From the NCBI GenBank assembly GCA_020061305.1, contig JAGUYM010000014.1:49372-113371 (forward strand): a DNA stretch of 64,000 nt, given 5' to 3'. The stretch is from Candidatus Woesebacteria bacterium (GTDB lineage Bacteria > Patescibacteriota > Microgenomatia > UBA8517). Below the pieces are notes generated by a model, which did no database searches, was not told the DNA's origin, and saw nothing but the letters and a program-made list of their open reading frames with translations. The position numbers were made by a program, and so were the translations under genes. Positions 1-8,635 of the stretch are shown piece after piece (position 1 is the first letter of the stretch; each line of letters begins with the position of its first letter).

Positions 1-2
1 GG

Positions 3-1106
3 AGTACATTTACATTCCCTCTTAAGATCACCTAAATATCCACAAGGACAAGGATTGGCAGCGGCAATTAGCATAAAACTAGCAGGGAAATTAACACTTC
101 CTGCGATTCTTGTAATTGATACTTTTCTATCTTCCAAAGGTTGCCTCAAAGCTTCAAGTGTGCCTCTTGAGAACTCAGGGAATTCATCCAAAAACAAAAC
201 TCCATTATGTGCAAGTGAAATTTCCCCTGGATGTGGGTTAGTCCCCCCACCAATTAATCCAATTAAACTGGTTGTGTGGTGAGCTGTTCTAAACGGTCTA
301 GTCCTGACCAACCCTTCTCCCGCAGGTATAAGTCCTGACACAGAATAAATTTTAGTAACTTCCAATGCCTCTTCTTCATTTAATGGCGGTAAAATTCCTG
401 CTGTTGCACGAGCCAACATTGTTTTACCAGCTCCAGGGGTTCCAACAAGAAAGATGTTGTGTCCACCTGCTGCAGCTATTGTCATTGCCCTTTTTGCAGA
501 TTCCTGTCCAATTATCTCAGCAAAATCAAACTCAACAACTTCGTGATCAGTGTATCGTGAACTGTGAATTGTGTGTTTTAATTTTTCAATCTTTTTAATC
601 CCATTTAAATGTGCAATTAATTCTGAGAGAGATTTAACAGGATAAACATCAATTCCAGACAAAACTGAGGCCTCATTGGCAGATTCACCGGGAACAAAAA
701 CACTTTTAATTCCTTTTTGTTTAGCAGCCAAACCTAAAAGAAAAACTCCCTTTGTGTGTCTTAAATTTCCATCAAGAGAAAGTTCACCATAAAAAAATGA
801 TTTCTCGATGGGTAACTTAACTAGCCCCATTGAAGCTAAAATTCCAATTGCAATTGGGAGATCATACAAAGAACCTTCTTTGGGAATATCAGCCGGAGCA
901 AGATTAACTACAATTTTTTGATTTGGAAATTCTATGTCAGAATTTAGAATTGCAGTTTTTACTCTTTCTTTTGCTTCCTCAATCGATTTATTGGGTAGGC
1001 CAATTATATTAAATCCAGGGAAACCTTTACTGAAAACATTTACCTCAACTTCTATAAGATTAGGCTCTAAACCAAAATGACTTGCAGAAAGAATTTTGGA
1101 TAACAC
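3..1106 (-). CDS. comM: YifB/ComM family Mg-chelatase-like AAA+ ATPase (3' end runs off the window)
   Basis: Manual translation from GTG at 1106: [22 protein letters not shown]...[19 protein letters not shown]...[24 protein letters not shown], then [21 protein letters not shown] and [19 protein letters not shown]. Absent from the ORF track because it is open-ended. Confidence 0.93.
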   Translation of the reverse strand, partial: MLSKILSASHFGLEPNLIEVEVNVFSKGFPGFNIIGLPNKSIEEAKERVKTAILNSDIEFPNQKIVVNLAPADIPKEGSLYDLPIAIGILASMGLVKLPIEKSFFYGELSLDGNLRHTKGVFLLGLAAKQKGIKSVFVPGESANEASVLSGIDVYPVKSLSELIAHLNGIKKIEKLKHTIHSSRYTDHEVVEFDFAEIIGQESAKRAMTIAAAGGHNIFLVGTPGAGKTMLARATAGILPPLNEEEALEVTKIYSVSGLIPAGEGLVRTRPFRTAHHTTSLIGLIGGGTNPHPGEISLAHNGVLFLDEFPEFSRGTLEALRQPLEDRKVSITRIAGSVNFPASFMLIAAANPCPCGYLGDLKRECKCT

Positions 1107-1251
1107 TTTAAAAAAGTATGATACAAATAGATTTTAATTACAATTCTTAAAAGTTCCTAATGCACCAGGAACTAGGGACCTTTCGTGACTAAAATATTAA
1201 GAAAAGCAAGTTTGTACAAGCAAAATATATAGACTAGTGGTTGTATGATGC

Positions 1252-1410
1252 TTTAAAGGATCGTCTTCTCGAAAGGAATTTATAAATTATGTAAGAATTG
1301 CATTTAAAAGTGCAAAAGAAACTGAATATTGGCTAAAGTTGTTTAAAGAATCAATAGAAATTACTAAAATTTTAAACTCAAGCACCCTTACATTAAAGAG
1401 TAAAATATAG
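1252..1410 (+). pseudogene. C-terminal remnant of a four-helix-bundle (23S-IVP/Avd-like) protein
   Basis: Reads KGSSSRKEFINYVRIAFKSAKETEYWLKLFKESIEITKILNSSTLTLKSKI*, matching the S-RK-F--F--IA-KSA-ETEYWL motif of the family. No in-frame start (TGA at 1246). Confidence 0.7.
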
Positions 1411-1422
1411 TAAAATTATTTT

Positions 1423-3132
1423 ATGCCAAAGAAAATTGCTCTAATTCTTCTTTCTTCACTCTTATTTATTAATTCGCTCATCATGCCTTTTGCAGTTGTC
1501 AAGGCAGCAGACGAAGAACCTTCTACTTGGTACAATCAAGGTTTTACTGATTGGTATGCAAAAGTATACGGAGATGAGTCCCCACCATCAGAAATTTTTG
1601 GAGAGCGCTACACAGCAGCCCAAGTTCAATGGATTATATATTCACTTTTTGCATTTCCGATAAATTTTCTAGGAAGTAAAATGCAAACAGTCACAGCTTG
1701 TTTATACAGTGTATCAAACCCAATTATAAATATAAATGATCTGTCGTGTGCACAAGACATTGCTTCGCTGCTAACGGATGCATTTAAGTTGATGAACATG
1801 TCTGGAATTATAACCGTTGGACAAGGCCCTACATCTTTCACCGAAGCTATTGTCTACGACTTTCAAAACAGACAATTATCTGGAATAAAATATACACAAA
1901 ACATAGTATCAAGATTTGGTCTAGTATCAGTTGCGAAAGCACAAGGTTTTGGGTATGGCGCAGTTGACGGATTACAAAAATACTGGCAGGGCTTTCGAGA
2001 TATGGCATATGCCTTATCCGTATTGGTCGTAATTGTTTTTTCCTTCATGATTATGTTCAGAGTTAAATTGTCACCACAACTAGTTATTTCCGTCCAATCT
2101 GCTTTACCAAAAATTGTTGGGGCCTTAGTGTTAGCCACCTTTTCGTATGCAATTGCAGGTTTTGTGATAGATTTTTCATACGTGGTCGGTGGATTGTTTG
2201 CATCGTTGATGTCACTTGCTGGATTTGTCAGCACAAACGGACAACAAGGAACAGCATTCCAAATTGCTTTCAACCAAATAATGCCAATTCAAGGAACCCA
2301 AGCTACTGGTGGATTTTATATCTTATTTTGGATGTTTGGATACACATTAGCATTTTTCCTTACGGCAGTTGTGGCGTTACTATCAACAGTTGTTGGGTTG
2401 TCAGTTTATGGCTTTGTTGTAGGTCTAGTTATGGTTTTGTTGTCTGTATGGATACTAATACTCATGGTTTGGTATATGATTAAAGTGCCTTGGGTTTTAC
2501 TTAAAAATTTAGTTAGTTTGTTTGTATCGATAGTCGTAGCTCCAGTTCAAATTGTTGCTGGGGCGCTTATTCCTTCAATTGGTTTTAGTGTCTGGATTAG
2601 AAAGATAATTGCAGAAGCATTAGTTTTTCCATTAACAGGTCTTTTTATGTTTTTAGCTGGTGCAACACTGCAAGCATCAATGGGAGCAAGTGGAGGTCAA
2701 ATGTTACAAGGGCTTGCTTCTATAATAGGAATACAAGTACCGCAAACAAGCTTATGGGCCCCTCCAATTTTGGGTTCAAGTGCAGATATGGCAGGGATAA
2801 TTTGGCTATCTGTAAGTTTTGTTTTCATTACAATGATACCTAAGGCAGTTGATATCATGAAGATGCTTGTCATGGGTGCTAAATTTGACTATGGTAGTGC
2901 AATAGGTGAAGCAGCTGGTGCATTTGGTATATTACCAACAGCGCAAAAGGCTGTTCAAGGTACATTTAGTGATATCGGACAAACTTGGGGGACTCAACAG
3001 ACTGTTCCATTTATAAAAAGTTTGTTTCAAAGAAGAGATCGTTATGGAATGTCAAGTGTAGATTATGATGAAAGGTTCAGACAACTTAACCCAGATCTTC
3101 AAGCTTCGGCTGGACCAAGAAACAAAAAATAG
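1423..3132 (+). CDS. Polytopic membrane protein, VirB6/TrbL-like component of the CPR T4SS-like locus
   Basis: Signal-like N-terminus and many TM segments. The W--FRD-AY...LPKIV-ALVL-TFSYAIAG--ID motif is typical of this CPR family. Lies upstream of prgI and virB4. Confidence 0.65.
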   Translation: MPKKIALILLSSLLFINSLIMPFAVVKAADEEPSTWYNQGFTDWYAKVYGDESPPSEIFGERYTAAQVQWIIYSLFAFPINFLGSKMQTVTACLYSVSNPIININDLSCAQDIASLLTDAFKLMNMSGIITVGQGPTSFTEAIVYDFQNRQLSGIKYTQNIVSRFGLVSVAKAQGFGYGAVDGLQKYWQGFRDMAYALSVLVVIVFSFMIMFRVKLSPQLVISVQSALPKIVGALVLATFSYAIAGFVIDFSYVVGGLFASLMSLAGFVSTNGQQGTAFQIAFNQIMPIQGTQATGGFYILFWMFGYTLAFFLTAVVALLSTVVGLSVYGFVVGLVMVLLSVWILILMVWYMIKVPWVLLKNLVSLFVSIVVAPVQIVAGALIPSIGFSVWIRKIIAEALVFPLTGLFMFLAGATLQASMGASGGQMLQGLASIIGIQVPQTSLWAPPILGSSADMAGIIWLSVSFVFITMIPKAVDIMKMLVMGAKFDYGSAIGEAAGAFGILPTAQKAVQGTFSDIGQTWGTQQTVPFIKSLFQRRDRYGMSSVDYDERFRQLNPDLQASAGPRNKK

Positions 3133-3155
3133 CGAATACCACTCATCCTTTATCC

Positions 3156-4736
3156 CTAGACAACTCCTCTCTTTGACAACTGTCTATAAACACCCATCCA
3201 TGACATATCATTGGCAAAATTAATGTTATACCATTTTTCAACTACTTCTTTGATCCATTTCACTGACTCTTTACTAAGATAAGCATTCACCTCTCCTTTG
3301 CTAGTTGGAATTTTTCTCATCAAGGTGTCAAATAATCCATTCACCACAATATTGTCCCACCCTTGCATTGCTGCCTCAGTTGAATTTTCCACTATTGACC
3401 CAACCATCCCAATGACAAATTCATTTCGTAAATGTAAAACCTCTTCTGGATCAGAAGTATCAGATGGAGCTATCCACCCTTCAATCGCGTCTGATGTTAA
3501 ATCTTTGGGTGACCATGTTGTTTGTAAGCACATAGATTTAAAGGTCAATATTCGAGGAACCATAATTCCTAACCATCCAGCATAGTCGCCAGGTTTAATT
3601 GCGTCGAAATTCATTTTGTTAAAGTCAATTGTTTCATAATTATTGTCTTGGTCGATAGCGCTTCTTGTTCGCATACCTCGAATTCGTGTCAATGGATCAC
3701 CAATCTCAGCCAAATATGCGGGGTGCATTCTAGGAATATCTAAAAACAACATTTTATTAAATTCCCTAGGTTTTCCATCATTCCCAATCAACATCTCCCC
3801 CGCCTTATTCGGGTCCGGCAATTGAATTTTTTCTTGTATTTGCGCACTCCTAAAATAAGATGATCCAAATCCTTTTATCCTTTTAATTGTGATCATGGGG
3901 CCTCTATCTCTGGCAGCATTTAAACGACCTTCCCTGTATTTTTGAAAATAAATAGCCTCAGCCAATGGGTCTGATCCTTGTAGATCAGTATTCCAAACAG
4001 CTGTTTCGAGTGTTGCTTTAGCTATACGATAAGCAAGCTGCAATGACTTTTTGGCTTCCTTATTTCTTCCCAACCTATCTTCTAGAATTTTCATAATTGC
4101 TTCCATCTCACCCTGCTCAATGTCTTTACTACTCAATCTAACTGTTCTTCCGTTAATTTCCACTCCCTCAATATGTGCAGCTTGCAATAAATCAAAAGCT
4201 TTTGAAACATTAAGACCGGGTAATTCTTTTAAAATTGTAAAATCGACACCTTCTAGTGTCCATTTTTTCGATTCAGCTTGTTGGAAAGACTGTAACAAAA
4301 ACGGTGCTGCATCCTTTGCGCTTCCAGGTATCGCGGAAGCTACCGCATAACAATGTTGGAGTCTTAGTCTTGCAACAGCTTGTCGTTTGACCAGTGGGGC
4401 ACAATTTTCATTAGAAAGTAATTCGTTTAACACCCTCATTGTTCCCTCATTCGTAGTAGAATATAATCCAGGAGTTGGTACTATCTGGTTGTCATTTGCC
4501 TCAATTTTTTCAACCAACTTTATGATTAAATTGCGTTGCTCATCTTCTGATCTTGGTAATTTTATTGATTCATTTGCTTCCGCAATTTTCTCAGATGATT
4601 CTGCAATTCTCGACAGATAATCTTCAATCACGGGCTTCCTAGGAACAGGCGCGGATTCACCTCTTTGAGCTTTCTTTCTTAATTCGCTAATTCCCCACTG
4701 TTTGCTAGCTATGATTACAGTTTCACCTTCTGCCAT
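3156..4736 (-). CDS. Hypothetical soluble protein (526 aa), accessory island
   Basis: Long ORF with an extended -10 (TGgTAAAAT) 6 nt before the ATG. No family recognised. Confidence 0.8.
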   Translation of the reverse strand: MAEGETVIIASKQWGISELRKKAQRGESAPVPRKPVIEDYLSRIAESSEKIAEANESIKLPRSEDEQRNLIIKLVEKIEANDNQIVPTPGLYSTTNEGTMRVLNELLSNENCAPLVKRQAVARLRLQHCYAVASAIPGSAKDAAPFLLQSFQQAESKKWTLEGVDFTILKELPGLNVSKAFDLLQAAHIEGVEINGRTVRLSSKDIEQGEMEAIMKILEDRLGRNKEAKKSLQLAYRIAKATLETAVWNTDLQGSDPLAEAIYFQKYREGRLNAARDRGPMITIKRIKGFGSSYFRSAQIQEKIQLPDPNKAGEMLIGNDGKPREFNKMLFLDIPRMHPAYLAEIGDPLTRIRGMRTRSAIDQDNNYETIDFNKMNFDAIKPGDYAGWLGIMVPRILTFKSMCLQTTWSPKDLTSDAIEGWIAPSDTSDPEEVLHLRNEFVIGMVGSIVENSTEAAMQGWDNIVVNGLFDTLMRKIPTSKGEVNAYLSKESVKWIKEVVEKWYNINFANDMSWMGVYRQLSKRGVV

Positions 4737-4764
4737 AGCAATATTTTACCATTTTTATTCCCAC

Positions 4765-4822
4765 TTATTCCACTTTGTGAAAAGAGGCAGTACAGAGTAC
4801 ACAGTACTAAGTACAAAGAAAG
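4765..4822. repeat. Cassette-boundary repeat copy A (TTATTCCACTTTGTGAAAA plus AGTAC heptamer array)
   Basis: 19-nt identity with 5338-5356 and 34/35 identity with 6243-6277. Confidence 0.85.
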
Positions 4823-4918
4823 AACAAAAAGAAGAAAACTTCGTAGAAATAGCTAATGAAATTAGTATTAAGTCAATTTGTAGAAAAAACAACGAGTAAG
4901 CAAGACAGGCAACGTCTA

Positions 4919-5008
4919 TTAATTTTTAGAAAGGTTTTTTGTAACAAAATAATATACTCCCAAGAAGAAGGCTATTGACAGTATTGCCCAAAAATAAAGT
5001 GTGTTCAT
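4919..5008 (-). CDS. 29-aa single-TM microprotein
   Basis: MNTLYFWAILSIAFFLGVYYFVTKNLSKN*. Its ATG overlaps the upstream TGA (ATGA). Confidence 0.55.
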   Translation of the reverse strand: MNTLYFWAILSIAFFLGVYYFVTKNLSKN

Positions 5009-5109
5009 TTTTTAATTTTCTTTACAATAAAGTATACCATAATCAGTAAAATCGCACTTGCAAAACTAGCAATTGTGTTAAACCTTATAATATCATTAAA
5101 TTCAATCAT
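5005..5109 (-). CDS. 34-aa single-TM microprotein
   Basis: MIEFNDIIRFNTIASFASAILLIMVYFIVKKIKK*. ATGA overlaps at both ends. Confidence 0.55.
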   Translation of the reverse strand: MIEFNDIIRFNTIASFASAILLIMVYFIVKKIKK

Positions 5110-5318
5110 TTTTTATTTCCCTGTTCAATAATTATAACACCAGCACTCAAAAACAGACCGCTGAATAGTGTTCCCTAAAATAACGAGAATAAAATATCTT
5201 TTGGATTTCGAATATTTCCCAACAGAATACTTATTACGCCTGAAGCAAACCACGCAACTCCGATGTTGGATAAAAATTCAGCAATCAACTGAAGTTTTTG
5301 TGATGACTTATCCATCAT
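5106..5318 (-). pseudogene. Small 2-TM membrane protein with an in-frame TAG at 5175-5177
   Basis: MMDKSSQKLQLIAEFLSNIGVAWF...FSLF*GTLFSGLFLSAGVIIIEQGNKK*. The frame continues past TAG to a TGA that overlaps the next ATG. Promoter TTCACA-18-TACAAT-6-ATG. Confidence 0.6.
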
Positions 5319-5337
5319 ATTAAAATTGTAGCATAAT

Positions 5338-5385
5338 TTATTCCACTTTGTGAAAAAGGACAGTATAGAGTACATAGTACATAAG
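5338..5385. repeat. Cassette-boundary repeat copy B
   Basis: TTATTCCACTTTGTGAAAA followed by CAGTATAGAGTACATAGTAC. Confidence 0.85.
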
Positions 5386-5481
5386 AGACTTGACTACGTT
5401 AAAGCAAAGCTTACCACTTCGTGGTAGTACAAAGTTCACAGAAAAAAATAGGGCCAGAACTAGGCTGTTTAAAGTCCTTAA

Positions 5482-5808
5482 TTAAGAGTACGATAAAAAT
5501 CTAATATCTAATTTACTATCTAATGCTTCTGCAAGTTTTTGAAGGAAATTTACAGTTGGACTTATATTCCCTTTTTCTAATCTAGAAATTGCAGATTGAG
5601 TTGTACCAAGTTTTTTTGCAAGTTCCTTTTGGGAAAGATCTTTTTTTCTTCTGATATCAATCATTGCCTGAATCATTGCAAATTCTGGCTGTTGTCTGTC
5701 CCACTCGGCCTTAAACTCTGGATCTTTTAGCTGTTTGTTTAAAAAAACATTAAAATCTAGATGATTTCTCTTTTCTGGTGGAATATTTAAAACTTTTTTG
5801 TTTGTCAT
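5482..5808 (-). CDS. XRE/HTH antitoxin (HigA-like)
   Basis: LSQKELAKKLGTTQSAISRLEKG HTH, downstream of a RelE-type toxin. Confidence 0.9.
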   Translation of the reverse strand: MTNKKVLNIPPEKRNHLDFNVFLNKQLKDPEFKAEWDRQQPEFAMIQAMIDIRRKKDLSQKELAKKLGTTQSAISRLEKGNISPTVNFLQKLAEALDSKLDIRFLSYS

Positions 5809-5820
5809 ATACCGTATATG

Positions 5821-6183
5821 CTATATTATACTGTTCATTCTGTCAATCGCTATTTTTAGTTCTTTGGTTGGAGTTTTTTGAGTTTTCTTCTTAAAGATGT
5901 GGAGAATGTAATATTCGTTATTAAAGATTGTGTAAAAAGCTCTGATATTTAATTTACTTTTGATTCGTAGTTCGTATAAATTGCTCTGCAATTTTTTGAT
6001 TTGTGGGGGTTTTAAAAACGGACCGTTGTTTTGAAGGAGCGAGAAATAACTAAATACTTTTGTTGAAATTTCGTTATCTTGATCAGTGAGAAAATCGTTA
6101 ACAGGATAATCCCCTCGTTTAGTCTGATAAAATTTAACAACCCACGTTTTCTGAATTGCAATAGAGCTGTCATTGGTTGACAT
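5821..6183 (-). CDS. RelE/HigB-family (Gp49-like) type II toxin
   Basis: W-VKFYQTKRG-YPV-DFL...P-IKKL---LYELRIK...ILH-FKKKTQKTP-KEL. Start moved to ATG 6183 because the longer ORF only reads through the repeat array. Confidence 0.88.
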   Translation of the reverse strand: MSTNDSSIAIQKTWVVKFYQTKRGDYPVNDFLTDQDNEISTKVFSYFSLLQNNGPFLKPPQIKKLQSNLYELRIKSKLNIRAFYTIFNNEYYILHIFKKKTQKTPTKELKIAIDRMNSII

Positions 6184-6208
6184 AATATAAATATATACCA
6201 AAACTATA

Positions 6209-6382
6209 TTTTGTGAAAATGTTGGTGTAGTTGCACCATGAACAGTACAGAGTACACAGTACTTAGTACAAAGAAAGTACTGTGAAACAACAAGCAAGTT
6301 GCAACAAAAGCTTCACATAGTACGATAAAGTAGTACCTAGTACAAAGTACGCAGTACAGAGTACAAAGTACGCAGTACAGAG
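6209..6382. repeat. Repeat copy C plus extended (AGTAC-NN) heptamer array upstream of the four-helix-bundle gene
   Basis: AGTACAG/AGTACAC/AGTACTT/AGTACAA/AGTACGC units at 6243-6280 and 6316-6382. Confidence 0.9.
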
Positions 6383-6400
6383 AATAGACAAACGCAAAAC

Positions 6401-6774
6401 ATGGTTAATAGCTATAAAGATTTGATTGTTTTTCAGAAATCTAAAACTCTAACTATTGACGTAATCAAGTATTTTAAGAAAAACAAAACAGACAGATCAA
6501 ATGATTTTTTACTTAACCAAGTTTTTAGATCTGTAAGTTCAGTTGGAGCTAATTTAGCTGAAGGTTTTGGAAGAAATTACAGTCAAAATTTTAAGCAATT
6601 TGTTGGAATTGCCAGAGGTTCATCTTTCGAGACTGAATATTGCTTGAAATGTTATTAGAATTAAACGATTTTGACTCAAAAATAATTAAGGAATTTATAG
6701 AAAAAAATATAGAAATAAATAAAATGTTAACAGGATTAATGAAAAATATGAAAGGAGAATCGACTAAGTACTAA
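6401..6774 (+). pseudogene. Four-helix-bundle protein (TIGR02436/23S-IVP-like), 1-nt deletion near 6642
   Basis: SYKDLIVFQKS...NQVFRSVSSVGANLAEGFGR...F--IARGSSFETEY. Restoring one G (TG to TGG) gives WLEMLLELNDF...EINKMLTGLMKNMKGESTKY* ending at 6774. Confidence 0.88.
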
Positions 6775-6797
6775 GTACTCTGTACTATGTACTGCGT
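6763..6797. repeat. Inverted heptamer arm downstream of the four-helix-bundle gene
   Basis: ACTAAGTACTAAGTACTCTGTACTATGTACTGCGT is the reverse complement of units seen upstream (GCAGTAC, ATAGTAC, AGAGTAC, TTAGTAC). Confidence 0.85.
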
Positions 6798-6806
6798 CTT
6801 CGGCGT

Positions 6807-7808
6807 ATGGAACAACATCCAATACCACAGCAGATAAGCTCATATCAATTTAAATTGGTGGGGGACATGACTTTAAAACAATTTTTTCAAGTTGCAGGAG
6901 GCGCTTTGATTGGTTTATTGTTTTATTCAACCAACCTACATCCAGTTATTAAATGGCCAATAATTCTTCTTTCAACTGGTATTGGTGCCGCTATGGCCTT
7001 TTTACCGTTTCAAGAAAGACCTTTAGAAAAATGGATAATAGCATTTTTTAGAAGTATCTACTCTCCCACGCTTTTTACATGGCAAAAAACCGAGAAGCCC
7101 CCTGTCTTTTTTACTGAAACTGCGACCGCCCCAGAAATAACTAATGTGGGCTCACTTAATCAAAAATCAGCCCTTTCTCCTCTGGAGTTGGCCGAACAGA
7201 CCTTTTTAGGTAAAATTACCAGCCTTTGGGGGACTCAACAACCAATAAACAATGGTCAACAGACAACAGTCCAAAGTCAACAGTCGCAAGTCATAAGTCC
7301 ACAGTCAGCAGTCAATAGTCCACAGTCAGTAGTCAATAGTCAACCAGCAGTAAGTGTTCAGGTTCCCTCCCAAATCCCAACTATAATTACTAAATCTGCT
7401 CCGAAACTTGTCGTTGAGGAAACTTTGCCACAAGTCCACAGTCCACAGTCCACAGTCCACAGTCTTGATGCAGTAAATATTCAGCAAAAAACTATCACTT
7501 CCAATGAAGCTGAATTTTCCCCTGATGCAGCTCCCCCATACCCACCAACCATTCCTAACACCATTGCAGGACAAGTAATGGATTCGCAAAAAAAGATCAT
7601 TGAAGGAGCCATTATGGAGATAAAAGACGGAACAGGTAGGCCTGTTAGGGCCTTAAAAAGCAACAAAGCGGGTCATTTCATAATTGTTACTCCACTCGCA
7701 AATGGTAAATATGAAATAATTACTGAAAAGGACGGATACACATTTGATCCAGTTTCATTTGAAGCTAAAGGGGAGCTAATTAAACCAATAGCTATCCGTG
7801 CTAAATAG
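6807..7808 (+). CDS. PrgI family protein with C-terminal carboxypeptidase-regulatory-like domain
   Basis: MEQHPIPQQISSYQFKLVGDMTLKQF...2 TM...RPLEKWI; C-terminal G-V-D---K-IEGA...G-Y-I--EK-GY-F. The linker contains heptamer arrays. Confidence 0.85.
   Translation: MEQHPIPQQISSYQFKLVGDMTLKQFFQVAGGALIGLLFYSTNLHPVIKWPIILLSTGIGAAMAFLPFQERPLEKWIIAFFRSIYSPTLFTWQKTEKPPVFFTETATAPEITNVGSLNQKSALSPLELAEQTFLGKITSLWGTQQPINNGQQTTVQSQQSQVISPQSAVNSPQSVVNSQPAVSVQVPSQIPTIITKSAPKLVVEETLPQVHSPQSTVHSLDAVNIQQKTITSNEAEFSPDAAPPYPPTIPNTIAGQVMDSQKKIIEGAIMEIKDGTGRPVRALKSNKAGHFIIVTPLANGKYEIITEKDGYTFDPVSFEAKGELIKPIAIRAK
7254..7464 (+). repeat. In-frame AGTC-NNN heptamer arrays in prgI
   Basis: 13 units at 7254-7344 and a perfect (AGTCCAC)4 at 7433-7460. 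Confidence 0.95.
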
Positions 7809-7825
7809 CTCGGCAACTAATAATT

Positions 7826-8635
7826 ATGAACAAAGAATTAAAAATTAAAAACATGAACAACACAACAACACAAGGACAAAACACAACTCGTAACCCTAAC
7901 TCGCAGGCAGATGGCCAGTCACACACAACTGACAAGCCGATTATAGTTCCTGAGGTTAAAAATGAGAAATTGAGAAAGTTTATAACTAAAGTCCCATATT
8001 TTGGAACTCCTGACATGCCACTTACTTCAACTACTCAGGATTTTATTCCAATTGCTGATATTGCGAATGATATTGTTTTATTTAAAGATGGGGGAGCAGC
8101 TATTGTAATGGAATCTTCTTCACTTAATTTTGGGCTTTTATCAGAAAGGGAGCAAGCCGCGGTTGTTGCGGCTTTTGCAGCCCTTATAAATTCACTTTCG
8201 TTTTCGGTGCAAATCATGATCAGAACCCAAAGAAAAGATATTTCCGGTTATATCAAATATTTTGATGAAAAAAGCAAAAATATAACAAACCCAAAACTAG
8301 CTGCAATAACTGCGGACTACAGAGCGTTTATAACTGAGTCAATTAAGAAAAAAACAGTTTTAGGTAAAAGATTCTTTGTGATTATACCTTTTAATTCATT
8401 GGAATTGGGGGTCACCAAGTCCGCACAGAGCATACTTAGAAAAGGCCCTCTTCCATTCTCAAAAGATTATGTTCTAAAAAAGGCGAGGGTTGCACTTTTT
8501 CCAAAAAAAGATCATTTAATAAGACAGGCGGGCAGACTTGGATTAAAATTAAAGCAGCTCAAGACAAATGATTTGATAGATTTGTATTATTGGATTAACA
8601 ATCCTGAGCCGCCAGCGGTGAAGAAAGATATATAG
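7826..8635 (+). CDS. VirB4/TraC N-terminal-like T4SS protein (conserved part begins near ATG 8015)
   Basis: STTQDFIPIADIANDIVLFKDG...NFGLLSEREQ-A---F--L-NSL-F-VQI motif, sitting between prgI and virB4. Confidence 0.75.
   Translation: MNKELKIKNMNNTTTQGQNTTRNPNSQADGQSHTTDKPIIVPEVKNEKLRKFITKVPYFGTPDMPLTSTTQDFIPIADIANDIVLFKDGGAAIVMESSSLNFGLLSEREQAAVVAAFAALINSLSFSVQIMIRTQRKDISGYIKYFDEKSKNITNPKLAAITADYRAFITESIKKKTVLGKRFFVIIPFNSLELGVTKSAQSILRKGPLPFSKDYVLKKARVALFPKKDHLIRQAGRLGLKLKQLKTNDLIDLYYWINNPEPPAVKKDI

Noticed and set aside
6184-6297. N-terminal extensions in the ORF track (toxin from 6297, dnaA from 17360, rpmH from 17381, 5375 ORF)
   Set aside because: They are translations of the repeat arrays (YFVLC/STKY-type peptides); better starts with promoters lie downstream.
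6401-6774. Classical DGR (Avd-like gene)
   Set aside because: No reverse transcriptase and no TR/VR pair differing at adenines was seen in the window.
4765-6797. CRISPR array
   Set aside because: Units are 7-nt tandem repeats or widely spaced degenerate copies, with no constant-length spacers and no cas genes.
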